Shown here piece by piece: positions 47,966 to 56,912 of a stretch of 64,000 nt of DNA (position 1 is the first letter of the stretch; each line of letters begins with the position of its first letter). The notes beneath the pieces were generated by a model. It had not been told where the DNA came from. It worked only from the letters and a program-made list of their open reading frames with translations, and searched no databases. The DNA is from Candidatus Omnitrophota bacterium (GTDB lineage: Bacteria; Omnitrophota; Gorgyraeia; Gygaellales; Profunditerraquicolaceae): contig JBAZJY010000001.1 in assembly GCA_041651115.1 (NCBI GenBank), positions 325,165-389,164 on the forward strand, in the 5' to 3' direction. A program made the translations under genes and the position numbers.

Positions 47966-49507
47966 ATGAAAGAAATAATATTATTTTTCCCGCGCCCGTG
48001 GCCGGGAAAAGCCATGAGTGGCCGCATTCCTTATTCGCTGCTGTTTTTATACAACTACCTGCGCGATACGGATTTTAAGGTGCGGATCATCGATGAGAGG
48101 ATTGATAATATTCCGTCGGCGATACGGGCATTGGGAAAAGATATATTGTGTTTCGGCATCAGTTCGTTCACGGGTATCCAGATTAAAAACGGCCTTAATA
48201 TTGCCCGGCAGCTAAAAGCGCATAGCCCCGATGTGCCGATAGTCTGGGGAGGATGGCATCCTTCAAGTTTACCGGAACAAACGTTGCAGCATCCGCTTGT
48301 TGATATTGTCGTGCGGGGCCAGGGCGAGGTCACCTTTAAAGAATTGGTCTTTGCCTTAGATAAAGGCAATGACCTCTCAGGGATCGAAGGCGTATCGTAC
48401 AAAAAAAATGGCATCATCGTTCATAATCCGGACCGGCAGCTTTCGGGTGTGATTGAAAATATCCGTATTCCCTTTGAAGCTGTCCCGGTGGATAAATATA
48501 TTTACAAAAAACCTTTTGCTGAACAGTCCGACCGGACAATCGGCATTATTACCAGCTTAGGATGCCCGTATCACTGCGGGTTTTGCGCGGTTACGGGAGT
48601 TTATAAACGGAAAGTTTTCTTTCGGAATATGGATCATGTCCTGGAGGAGATCGATTATTTGGCCAATCAGCATAAAATTAGCAGCATTACGATCGATGAC
48701 GATAATTTTTTCGTTTCTCCGGAAAGAGTAATGAAATTTTCTCAGGCATTGCTTGGCCGGCCATATAAGATATCATGGGATGCCGGGGTGAGCGCGGATC
48801 TTTTATTAAGCAAATATGACGATGCTGCCCTGGATGTAATCAAAAGGTCGGGGTGCACTCAACTTTATATCGGCGCGGAATCAGGCTCGGATGAAGCCCT
48901 GCGCATGATCGGCAAGCAGGCAACCGTTGCCCATACCTATGAATTCGTAAAGAAAATGAAAGATGTCGGCATCCGGGCGTCTTTTTCTTCAATGGTCGGA
49001 TTGCCGGTTACTTCGCCCGATGAGGTACACCAAACAATAGATATGATCTTAAAATGCCGGGAAATCAACCCGGATTTTGATTACCGGCTGTTTTATTATA
49101 CCCCTTATCCGGCAACGCCTTTATATGAGCGCGCGCAGAATATGCACATGAAGGCGCCGGCTTCGCTTGAGGAATGGGCAAGCTATACGCCAAGAAGATT
49201 TAAGGCCCCATGGTTGGATAGTTCATATCGGCGGATGGTAAAATATTTCTGTTACTATTACTACCCGTATTCCGGAGAGATGAAGCATGTGCGGCACCAG
49301 CAGATAATAAAGCGGGCTGCCGAATTTATTTACCGTATGATTTTTGAAAATGCGATCTTAAAAAAGATCGCCTGCGTGCGTGTCAAACACCGTTATTTTA
49401 AATTCCCGGTTGATGCGGCGTTCGCCATACAGGGGGCGAGGTTCAAGAGTTGGTACGACCGTTTAGCGCATCAGAATGTGGATAAATTCGCTGAGCTTGA
49501 CAGTTAA
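47966..49507 (+). CDS. B12-binding-domain radical SAM protein (class B), second copy
   Basis: N-terminal B12-binding-like domain. CPYHCGFC cluster. Confidence 0.8.
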   Translation: MKEIILFFPRPWPGKAMSGRIPYSLLFLYNYLRDTDFKVRIIDERIDNIPSAIRALGKDILCFGISSFTGIQIKNGLNIARQLKAHSPDVPIVWGGWHPSSLPEQTLQHPLVDIVVRGQGEVTFKELVFALDKGNDLSGIEGVSYKKNGIIVHNPDRQLSGVIENIRIPFEAVPVDKYIYKKPFAEQSDRTIGIITSLGCPYHCGFCAVTGVYKRKVFFRNMDHVLEEIDYLANQHKISSITIDDDNFFVSPERVMKFSQALLGRPYKISWDAGVSADLLLSKYDDAALDVIKRSGCTQLYIGAESGSDEALRMIGKQATVAHTYEFVKKMKDVGIRASFSSMVGLPVTSPDEVHQTIDMILKCREINPDFDYRLFYYTPYPATPLYERAQNMHMKAPASLEEWASYTPRRFKAPWLDSSYRRMVKYFCYYYYPYSGEMKHVRHQQIIKRAAEFIYRMIFENAILKKIACVRVKHRYFKFPVDAAFAIQGARFKSWYDRLAHQNVDKFAELDS

Positions 49508-49535
49508 ACAAATAAGCAAAATAAAGAAAGGAAGG

Positions 49536-50525
49536 ATGACCATGTTTAAGGGGCGCAATGTCCTTGTTGCCGGCGGAGCCGGATTTACCGGCGCAAATTT
49601 AGTGCAGCGATTGGTATCGCTGGGGGCAAATGTCCGGGCGACGTTATATAAGAAAAACGCGATAATCCAGGACAAGCGGATCGAATATATCCGCTGCGAT
49701 TTAAGGCAAATGGAAGACTGTACAAAAGTCGTTAAGGATATGGAATACGTCTTTATGTGCGCAGCGAATACTTCAGGCGCCGCGGTAATCAAGGCTAATC
49801 CGCTTGCCCATGTGACCCCGAACCTGGTGATGAATGCGCAGATGCTGGAAGCTGCGTATTTTGCCAAGGTGAAGAAATTTTCCTTTATGAGCAGCAGCGT
49901 TGTTTACCCTCCTTCCGGCAGCCATCCGTGCAAGGAAGATGAAATGATGAATGGTGACCCGGCAGATATATATTTTCTCGCTGCCTGGATGAAACGGTAT
50001 ACGGAGATCTCCTGCCGTTATTTTTCACAGAAGATAAATAATCCCATCGGCACAGCGGTGATCCGGCCGGCAAATATTTACGGGCCGCATGATAATTACG
50101 ACCTCGCTACCTCGCATGTCATGTCGGCAATGATCCGTAAGGTCGTTGAACGGCAGAATCCTATCCAAGTCTGGGGGACCGGCGAAGATGTGCGCGACTG
50201 GATTTATGTTGAGGACCTGATAGACGGATTTTTGTTGGCAACCGAAAAATTGAATACTTACGATCCGGTAAATATTGCCCTTGGCAAAGGTTATACGATC
50301 ATGCAAATGCTGCAGATATTGCTGGAACTCGAAGACTACCGCGATGCTAAGATCATTTGCGATCCTTCCAAGCCGTCAATGATCCCGATACGGCTTTTTG
50401 ATACGACAAAAGCAGAAAAACTATTAGGCTTTAAGGCAAAGCATGACTTGAGGGAAGGGCTAAAGAAAACAATTGCCTGGTATAAGGCTACGCATAGCGT
50501 TCCGGCAAAATCTGCTGCGGCATAG
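49536..50525 (+). CDS. SDR-family NAD-dependent sugar epimerase/reductase (paralog 2)
   Basis: VLVAGGAGFTGANLVQRL...RIEYIRCDLRQMEDC. Confidence 0.7.
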   Translation: MTMFKGRNVLVAGGAGFTGANLVQRLVSLGANVRATLYKKNAIIQDKRIEYIRCDLRQMEDCTKVVKDMEYVFMCAANTSGAAVIKANPLAHVTPNLVMNAQMLEAAYFAKVKKFSFMSSSVVYPPSGSHPCKEDEMMNGDPADIYFLAAWMKRYTEISCRYFSQKINNPIGTAVIRPANIYGPHDNYDLATSHVMSAMIRKVVERQNPIQVWGTGEDVRDWIYVEDLIDGFLLATEKLNTYDPVNIALGKGYTIMQMLQILLELEDYRDAKIICDPSKPSMIPIRLFDTTKAEKLLGFKAKHDLREGLKKTIAWYKATHSVPAKSAAA

Positions 50526-50537
50526 CAAGAGAAAAGG

Positions 50538-51716
50538 ATGAAAGTATATATTAAGGGCCTGAATAGCTGCCTTACGCGCAAGCAAAAATTGCAGCAATAC
50601 AGGGATTTTCTGGTTGCCAACGGCCATGAGATAACGCATGACCATAAGAAGTGCGATAAGATCCTTCTGTGGACTTGTGCATACAGGGCAGATGTGCGCG
50701 ATAATTCAATCGCCCAATTGGATTATTACCGGCGCAATAGCAAGGCAGAGGTTATTGCCGCAGGCTGTCTTCCTGATATTGCCCCGGGGTTATTGGAAAA
50801 AAGTTTTCCCGGTCGTGTAATAAGCTGGCGGAAGGACAAAGATAAATTTGTACAAGTCTTCGGGCATCCAAAAATCAGATTTGCGGAAAATTGCCGCGTC
50901 TTCGTCGAACCGCCGCTTTGCGAAGATGCAGCAGTATTCCGCAAAAAACATCCGGGTAAGGACGTCACCTTCCTTGACCAGTTCGTTAAATTAGTTGTTT
51001 CCGAAGGATGCGGATTTAAGTGCTCTTACTGCTCTGAGCGCTTGGCATTTCCTGCTTATCGGAGTTTTCCCGAGGCAGCGCTGGTTCGCATGTGCCGCGC
51101 AATGATAAAAGAAAGCGGTAAGCAGGAGGTGGCCCTTATTGCCGACAGCCTAGGCGAGTATGGCCAGGATATCGGGGTTTCGCTTCCTTCTCTGGTTCGT
51201 AAATTAGCGGCAGTCAGTCCCGGCCTAAGGATCGCGTTAAATAATTTGAACCCAGGCAGTTTTCTGCGCTATAAGAAGGAGCTGTCCGGATTCATCGCAA
51301 AGGGGATTATCCGGCATATAAACTTGCCCATACAATCCGCATCCGGGCGCATGCTTGATCTGATGCAGCGGCCATACACGCGTAAGGATATTGATGAAAT
51401 ATTTACCTTATTCAATAAGCTTAAATTTACCGATTTTGATACGCATATTATTGTCGGCTTTCCGGGAGAAACCGAAGACGATCTTGCGGAAACCGTTAAA
51501 TTCGTTTTACGTTACCGGCCGAAATACGTATTAATAAATAAGTATATGGAGGCCCCGGAAATGCCTTCCGCAGGATTGCCGGGAAAGGTTCCGGCAAGGG
51601 TTATCGCTGCCAGGGCTAAGAAAGCAGCGCGGCAGATAAAGGCGGCAGGGATAATTTCTAATAACGACGGAAGTAAACGGGCCAAAGACCGCCTGGAAAG
51701 ATTGAATCATGGTTAA
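50538..51716 (+). CDS. radical SAM protein with methylthiotransferase-like (UPF0004) N-terminal domain, no TRAM domain
   Basis: KVYIKGLNSCLTRKQ...CDKILLWTCAYRA (MTTase N-domain-like) then CGFKCSYC. Confidence 0.65.
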   Translation: MKVYIKGLNSCLTRKQKLQQYRDFLVANGHEITHDHKKCDKILLWTCAYRADVRDNSIAQLDYYRRNSKAEVIAAGCLPDIAPGLLEKSFPGRVISWRKDKDKFVQVFGHPKIRFAENCRVFVEPPLCEDAAVFRKKHPGKDVTFLDQFVKLVVSEGCGFKCSYCSERLAFPAYRSFPEAALVRMCRAMIKESGKQEVALIADSLGEYGQDIGVSLPSLVRKLAAVSPGLRIALNNLNPGSFLRYKKELSGFIAKGIIRHINLPIQSASGRMLDLMQRPYTRKDIDEIFTLFNKLKFTDFDTHIIVGFPGETEDDLAETVKFVLRYRPKYVLINKYMEAPEMPSAGLPGKVPARVIAARAKKAARQIKAAGIISNNDGSKRAKDRLERLNHG

Positions 51717-52731
51717 TACTTTTGCGGAAAATCCTGACTTTAGAAAGACCGGTTTATATGCCTCATTTATTAAGCAGCCGCTGAGTTTCGTGGATGCCGG
51801 GGCGGCAGAAGGGGTATTTCCTTTGATTATGCCGATAGCTTCGCTTACCCACGCCATGTGTTTTGATCCTAATCAAGATGCGGCAGAAGAGCTTAGGGCT
51901 TGCGGGCAGTCATCCTTTGCCAAATATACGGTAGTTTCTTCCGCCTTGTATAATAAAACCGGCAGGCATAAATTTTTTGTGACGAAGAACCCGAACTGTT
52001 CATCACTCTTGATGCCGAATCTCCAGCTGGCAACCCGCTACGGCGCAAGCGGCTTGCCGGTAAAAAAGATAATATCGGTCCCGACAAAATCATTGGATCA
52101 GATTGCCTTTAGTCGCCGCTATATTGATGAAAGGATCGGCGAGTTCATTAAGCTTGATTGCCAGGGAGTAGAATACGATATCCTTTTAGGCGCAAAAAAA
52201 GTACTTGCAAGGCAGTGTATGGCGGTATGGTGCGAAGCGGAATTTATGCATATCTATGAAAAACAGAAGACCTTTTCTGAGCTGAATGCATATTTGCAGA
52301 AAAATGGATTTTTGCTTTACGGGCTTTATCCAAGGTATATTTCGGCAAAAAAAATCGACCGGAAGAAATGCGATACGGAAGAGAGGATACTCTGGGCAGA
52401 CGCCTTGTATTTTAAAGACCCGATAGACAAGGCTAACAAAAAGCGCTTATTTACAAAAAGGGACAAAGAGGTGATCCTGTTGGTCTATCTTATCGCTGGA
52501 TATTATGATGCCGCCCTGGAACTTATTGACGTTATTTATAAGGCGGCAGCGGATAAAAGACTGCTGAAAAATGTAGTTTATGGCCTGGCGCAAGGAAAGA
52601 AGAAAGCGATTGAAGCGGCAGCAGCGCAATTCATCCGCGATTGCCGCAAGGATCGTAAAAATACCTATTTGACGGCAAAGCGGTTTATCGATAAAAACAA
52701 AGCCAATAACAGCGTAGAGTTCGTTAAATAA
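51709..52731 (+). CDS. FkbM-family methyltransferase
   Basis: FVDAGAAEGVF...FIKLDCQGVEYDILLG matches the FkbM pattern (IKIDVEGAE..VL.G). Confidence 0.6.
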   Translation: MVNTFAENPDFRKTGLYASFIKQPLSFVDAGAAEGVFPLIMPIASLTHAMCFDPNQDAAEELRACGQSSFAKYTVVSSALYNKTGRHKFFVTKNPNCSSLLMPNLQLATRYGASGLPVKKIISVPTKSLDQIAFSRRYIDERIGEFIKLDCQGVEYDILLGAKKVLARQCMAVWCEAEFMHIYEKQKTFSELNAYLQKNGFLLYGLYPRYISAKKIDRKKCDTEERILWADALYFKDPIDKANKKRLFTKRDKEVILLVYLIAGYYDAALELIDVIYKAAADKRLLKNVVYGLAQGKKKAIEAAAAQFIRDCRKDRKNTYLTAKRFIDKNKANNSVEFVK

Positions 52732-52747
52732 TAACGTAAGGAGAATA

Positions 52748-53737
52748 ATGATCAAGGATGAGGTTCTATCAAGCTTTGCCGGTAAAAGAACGATAGTTAC
52801 CGGCGGCACGGGATTAATCGGCAGGCAGGTGGTTAAACTCTTGTGCGGCGCAGGGGCCAGGGTTACCATCATTTCTCTTGACGACGTGAAGGTTGAGGGA
52901 AAGGCAGAGTACGTAAAAGGCGATTTGACCAGCCTTGATTTTTGCAAGCAGGTAATAAAAGGCGCGGATTTTGTTTTTCATCTTGCAGGGGTTAAGGGTT
53001 CGGCCGTTGTCTCGCAGACCAAACTTGCCAGCCATTTTGTTCCGACACTGATGATGAATATGAACGTATTAGAAGCCAGCCGGATCAATAATGTAAAGAA
53101 ACTCGTGTATACAAGCTCGATAGGTTCATATTCGGCAGCGGAGGTATTTAAAGAATCTGATTACCGCCTGGACAGTCTGCCGATGGATTTTGCCGGATGG
53201 GCAAAGCGGATGGGCGAGTTACAGATCTATGCCTATAAAATTCAGTATAAGATGGAGAATTTTGCGATTGTCCGGCCGTGTAATGTATATGGCCCGGGAG
53301 ATAACTTTGACCCGGATAATGCCATGGTCATACCTTCGTTAATGTGCCGGATATACCGTAAAGAAGATCCCGTTAATGTATGGGGTGACGGCAGCGCAAT
53401 CCGCGATTTTGCGTATAGCCGTGATGTTGCCGAAGGCCTGATCCTGGCGCTGTATCACGGAACGCATGGAGAATTCTTGAATTTAGGCAGCGGTAAGGGT
53501 TATTCGGTTAAAGAACTGGTCGAGGCGCTCAATAGCTTCCTTGATTTTAATTATAGATTTGACCCCGCAAAGCCTTCCGGGTATCCTCGGCGGGTTATGG
53601 ACATCAGCCGTGCGAAAAGCGAGATTGGTTACGAGCCGACAACTTCTTTGCGCGAAGGTTTAAAAGAAACCTGGGATTGGTTTGTTAATAATCAGGATGA
53701 ATATATGAGAAAGAAAAATTATTTTGTGGAGAAGTGA
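52748..53737 (+). CDS. SDR-family NAD-dependent sugar epimerase/reductase (paralog 3)
   Basis: IVTGGTGLIGRQVVKLL... The fold and length resemble paralogs 1 and 2. Confidence 0.7.
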   Translation: MIKDEVLSSFAGKRTIVTGGTGLIGRQVVKLLCGAGARVTIISLDDVKVEGKAEYVKGDLTSLDFCKQVIKGADFVFHLAGVKGSAVVSQTKLASHFVPTLMMNMNVLEASRINNVKKLVYTSSIGSYSAAEVFKESDYRLDSLPMDFAGWAKRMGELQIYAYKIQYKMENFAIVRPCNVYGPGDNFDPDNAMVIPSLMCRIYRKEDPVNVWGDGSAIRDFAYSRDVAEGLILALYHGTHGEFLNLGSGKGYSVKELVEALNSFLDFNYRFDPAKPSGYPRRVMDISRAKSEIGYEPTTSLREGLKETWDWFVNNQDEYMRKKNYFVEK

Positions 53738-54234
53738 TGAGAGTAGAAAAGACAAACCTCGATGGCGTATTACTGGTTACTTTAGATGTATTTAAAGACC
53801 ACCGGGGGGAATACGTTGAGACGTATAATAAAAAATTATATGCGGATAACGGGATCGATGTGGAATTCGTTCAGGACGACATATCGGTATCTTCAAAAAA
53901 CGTATTAAGAGGGATCCATGGCGATGGGCGTACCTGGAAGCTGATCTCCTGCCCTTATGGGAAAATATACTTTGTGGTGGTTGTTTGCAATCCGGCATCC
54001 CGGCAGTTCGGCCAATGGCAATCGTTTATTTTATCCGAAGAAAATCGTCAACAGGTATTGGTTCCGCCAAAATTCGGTAATGCGCACCTGGTTTTAAGCG
54101 ATAAGGCGATCTTCCAATATAAGCAGACAAGCTATTACGATCCGGGATCGCAGTTTTCCTGCAAATGGAATGACCCGCGTTTTAAGATCACCTGGCCGGT
54201 TAGCGAACCGATATTATCTAAACGCGATGGATAA
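53734..54234 (+). CDS. dTDP-4-dehydrorhamnose 3,5-epimerase-family cupin (short, RmlC-like)
   Basis: VLLVTLDVFKDHRGEYVETY...LRGIHGD. 166 aa. Confidence 0.7.
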   Translation: MMRVEKTNLDGVLLVTLDVFKDHRGEYVETYNKKLYADNGIDVEFVQDDISVSSKNVLRGIHGDGRTWKLISCPYGKIYFVVVVCNPASRQFGQWQSFILSEENRQQVLVPPKFGNAHLVLSDKAIFQYKQTSYYDPGSQFSCKWNDPRFKITWPVSEPILSKRDG

Positions 54235-55177
54235 AGCCATTTTGAACATGGAAGAGAAAGTAGCCTTAGAAATATTAGTTGAAGATGACGCCGCTGCCAT
54301 GGCATCAATGATCGGTAAATTGTATGCGATCAAACGGCCGCCGGAATATTATGCCTGGCATTGTTTTCAATCTCCGGATCTTACGGTTACGGTTGGATTG
54401 AAAAGCAGGGGAGAATTAGGCGGGGTCTTCAGCATGCAAAAAAGACGGCTGAATAATGATCTATTATGCGGACAGGCCAATCATTTGAATATCGCTGCCG
54501 AATTGCAAGGTAAAGGATATTTTTCAAAATTAGGCGAAAAAGCAATGCACCGCTTTAAAGATATCGGTATGGTCTGTGTTTTCGCCAATAAACAGGCAAA
54601 GCCAGCCTGTGAATCATCATTGGGTATGAAGACAATCGGGATTATCCCGGCGATGGTATTGAATGTAAACGGCATTACGGATGATAGCGGAGCCAATAAT
54701 ACCTGCAAACCGATAAGTGAAGACACGGTTTTCCCGTCTTGTCAGGAAGATAAAGACATTATTATGTTTAAATATCTGTCTTCGCATCGCAGCTGGCGAT
54801 ATGCCAAGCATCCGATGTATTCGTATTACATAGTGTATATTGATAGCGGTGAATATGCCATCATTAAGAAGTTTTCTGATCCACAAACAAGGGTTAGTCT
54901 AGGCGATATCGTTGATCTTGAGTGCCCGCTTAACGACAAGGAAAAGCTGCATAAAATTATTAAGGCAGCATCCTGGCATTTAAAACAGCAAGGCGTATCG
55001 ACAATTACTTGCTGGGCAGTTCCGGGCGGCGTTGTTAATCAAGTAATGAAAGATATCGGCTTTCGTCCGGCCGGGCATGAAACGTATTTTTGCATTAAGG
55101 TATTGAGGCCGGAATACGATCATCTATGTGATTTTTCACGATGGCATTTAAGGATGGCCGATGCGACGAATTATTAA
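54230..55177 (+). CDS. hypothetical protein, possible GNAT-like acyltransferase
   Basis: Weak GNAT-like motif (GQANHLNIAAELQGKGYFSKLGEKAMHRF). Start chosen at MDKAIL, overlapping the upstream stop. Confidence 0.3.
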   Translation, partial: DKAILNMEEKVALEILVEDDAAAMASMIGKLYAIKRPPEYYAWHCFQSPDLTVTVGLKSRGELGGVFSMQKRRLNNDLLCGQANHLNIAAELQGKGYFSKLGEKAMHRFKDIGMVCVFANKQAKPACESSLGMKTIGIIPAMVLNVNGITDDSGANNTCKPISEDTVFPSCQEDKDIIMFKYLSSHRSWRYAKHPMYSYYIVYIDSGEYAIIKKFSDPQTRVSLGDIVDLECPLNDKEKLHKIIKAASWHLKQQGVSTITCWAVPGGVVNQVMKDIGFRPAGHETYFCIKVLRPEYDHLCDFSRWHLRMADATNY

Positions 55178-55189
55178 GCCTAACGGGGG

Positions 55190-56194
55190 TTGGTTAAAAT
55201 GATCATTACAAGGACACCATTCCGTATTTCATTTTTTGGCGGCGGTACAGACTACCCTGTTTGGTATAAAGAAAATAAGGGCGCGGTTTTAAGCACAACG
55301 ATCAATAAATATTGCTATATTAGCTGCAGGTATCTCCCGCCGTTCTTTAATTATAAATATTTGATCAGGTATAGATTGCGCGAGGAAGTGCGAAACGCCA
55401 AAGACATAAATCATCCGGCAGTGCGCGAGGCTTTAAAATACCTGCGGATAAAAAACGGCGTGGAGATCGTTCATACCAGCGATATCCCGGCGCAATCAGG
55501 GGTAGGCTCAAGTTCTTCTTTTACGGTCGGGCTTTTGCATACTTTGTATGCTTTAAAGGGGAAGATCGTGACAAAGAGAAAGCTTGCAGATGACGCGATC
55601 CATATCGAACAGAATATAATAAACGAGAATGTCGGTTCACAGGACCAGGTGGCAGTTGCCTTCGGAGGGTTTAATAAAATAGAGTTTGGCGGCGACAATG
55701 AATTCTATGTGCATCCCATTACCTTATCTAAGGAAAGGGTGGACCTTTTACAGGATCATTTAATGCTTTTCTTTACCGGCTTTTCCCGGACCGCTTCAGA
55801 AATAGCAAGCGAGCAGATCCGGCAGACTAATAACAAAAAGAAAGAGCTGACTAATTTATTGGAGATGGTTGATGCTGCCGTGAACATCCTTAACGGTAAT
55901 TCCGATTTAAATAAATTCGGAAAATTATTGCATGAATCATGGGAAATCAAGAGAGACCTGACGCATCTGATCACAACGCATAAGATCAATGAAATTTACG
56001 ATACGGCTCTAAGGAGTGGGGCGCTGGGAGGAAAGGTTTTAGGCGCCGGTGGCGGTGGATTTATCCTTTTATTTGTCCCGCCTCAATATCATGGCCGGGT
56101 CAGGGAAAAGTTAAAAAGGCTGTTGCATGTTCCGTTCGGCTTTGAGAAACTGGGCAGTCAGGTTGTTTTATATGCAGCGCAGGACTTCTATTAA
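55190..56194 (+). CDS. GHMP-family sugar kinase (D-glycero-D-manno-heptose 7-phosphate kinase HddA-like)
   Basis: MIITRTPFRISFFGGGTDYPVWY and the ATP loop PAQSGVGSSSSF. Confidence 0.65.
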   Translation: MVKMIITRTPFRISFFGGGTDYPVWYKENKGAVLSTTINKYCYISCRYLPPFFNYKYLIRYRLREEVRNAKDINHPAVREALKYLRIKNGVEIVHTSDIPAQSGVGSSSSFTVGLLHTLYALKGKIVTKRKLADDAIHIEQNIINENVGSQDQVAVAFGGFNKIEFGGDNEFYVHPITLSKERVDLLQDHLMLFFTGFSRTASEIASEQIRQTNNKKKELTNLLEMVDAAVNILNGNSDLNKFGKLLHESWEIKRDLTHLITTHKINEIYDTALRSGALGGKVLGAGGGGFILLFVPPQYHGRVREKLKRLLHVPFGFEKLGSQVVLYAAQDFY

Positions 56195-56198
56195 CCAA

Positions 56199-56900
56199 AT
56201 GAAGAATATTGCCGCAGTGGTCTTATGTGGGGGGCAAGGCAGCCGGCTTAAGGGTTTGGTCAGCGACCGGCCTAAACCGATGGCGGATATCAGCGGTTCG
56301 CCTTTTATGGATATTTTGATCAGGCATCTACGAAGTTTCGGAATAAAAAAATATATCTTATGCGCAGGGTTTATGGCCGGCTATATTGAAGAATATTATC
56401 ATCGTGAAATGGCGGCGGGGGATTTGGTTATTGTAAAAGAAAAACTGCCGTTGGGAACTGCAGGGGCGATAAGCCACGCGCAGGATTTCATTGAAACCGA
56501 TCATTTTTTGGTTGTGAACGGTGATTCATTTTGCGCTGCTGACCTTAATGCATTTTTAGACTTTCATTCGGCTAAAAAGGCACGGTTGTCCATGGTTGTG
56601 TCCCGTATAGACAATGCAGCGGATTGCGGCAGCATTATTTTAGATGATACGAATAGGGTCGTAAGATTTGAGGAAAAGAAACATAGAGGTACGGCGTTGG
56701 CCAATGCCGGGATTTATCTGTTTAGCAGGGAAGTACTTTCATTGGTGCCTAAGGGCCTAAAGTATTCCCTGGAGAGAGATCTCTTCCCCCGGATGGCAGG
56801 AAAAGATTTCTACGGTTTTTTGACCGACGCCAAGCTTTTCGATATCGGGACGCCCGAGCGTTACGCAGAGGCAAAGACGTATTTCAAGGATAAAAAATAG
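56199..56900 (+). CDS. sugar-1-phosphate nucleotidyltransferase (heptose-1-P guanylyltransferase HddC-like)
   Basis: AAVVLCGGQGSRLKGLVSDRPKPMADISGSPFMD. About 235 aa. Confidence 0.7.
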   Translation: MKNIAAVVLCGGQGSRLKGLVSDRPKPMADISGSPFMDILIRHLRSFGIKKYILCAGFMAGYIEEYYHREMAAGDLVIVKEKLPLGTAGAISHAQDFIETDHFLVVNGDSFCAADLNAFLDFHSAKKARLSMVVSRIDNAADCGSIILDDTNRVVRFEEKKHRGTALANAGIYLFSREVLSLVPKGLKYSLERDLFPRMAGKDFYGFLTDAKLFDIGTPERYAEAKTYFKDKK

Positions 56901-56912
56901 AGGGCGCTGCTC

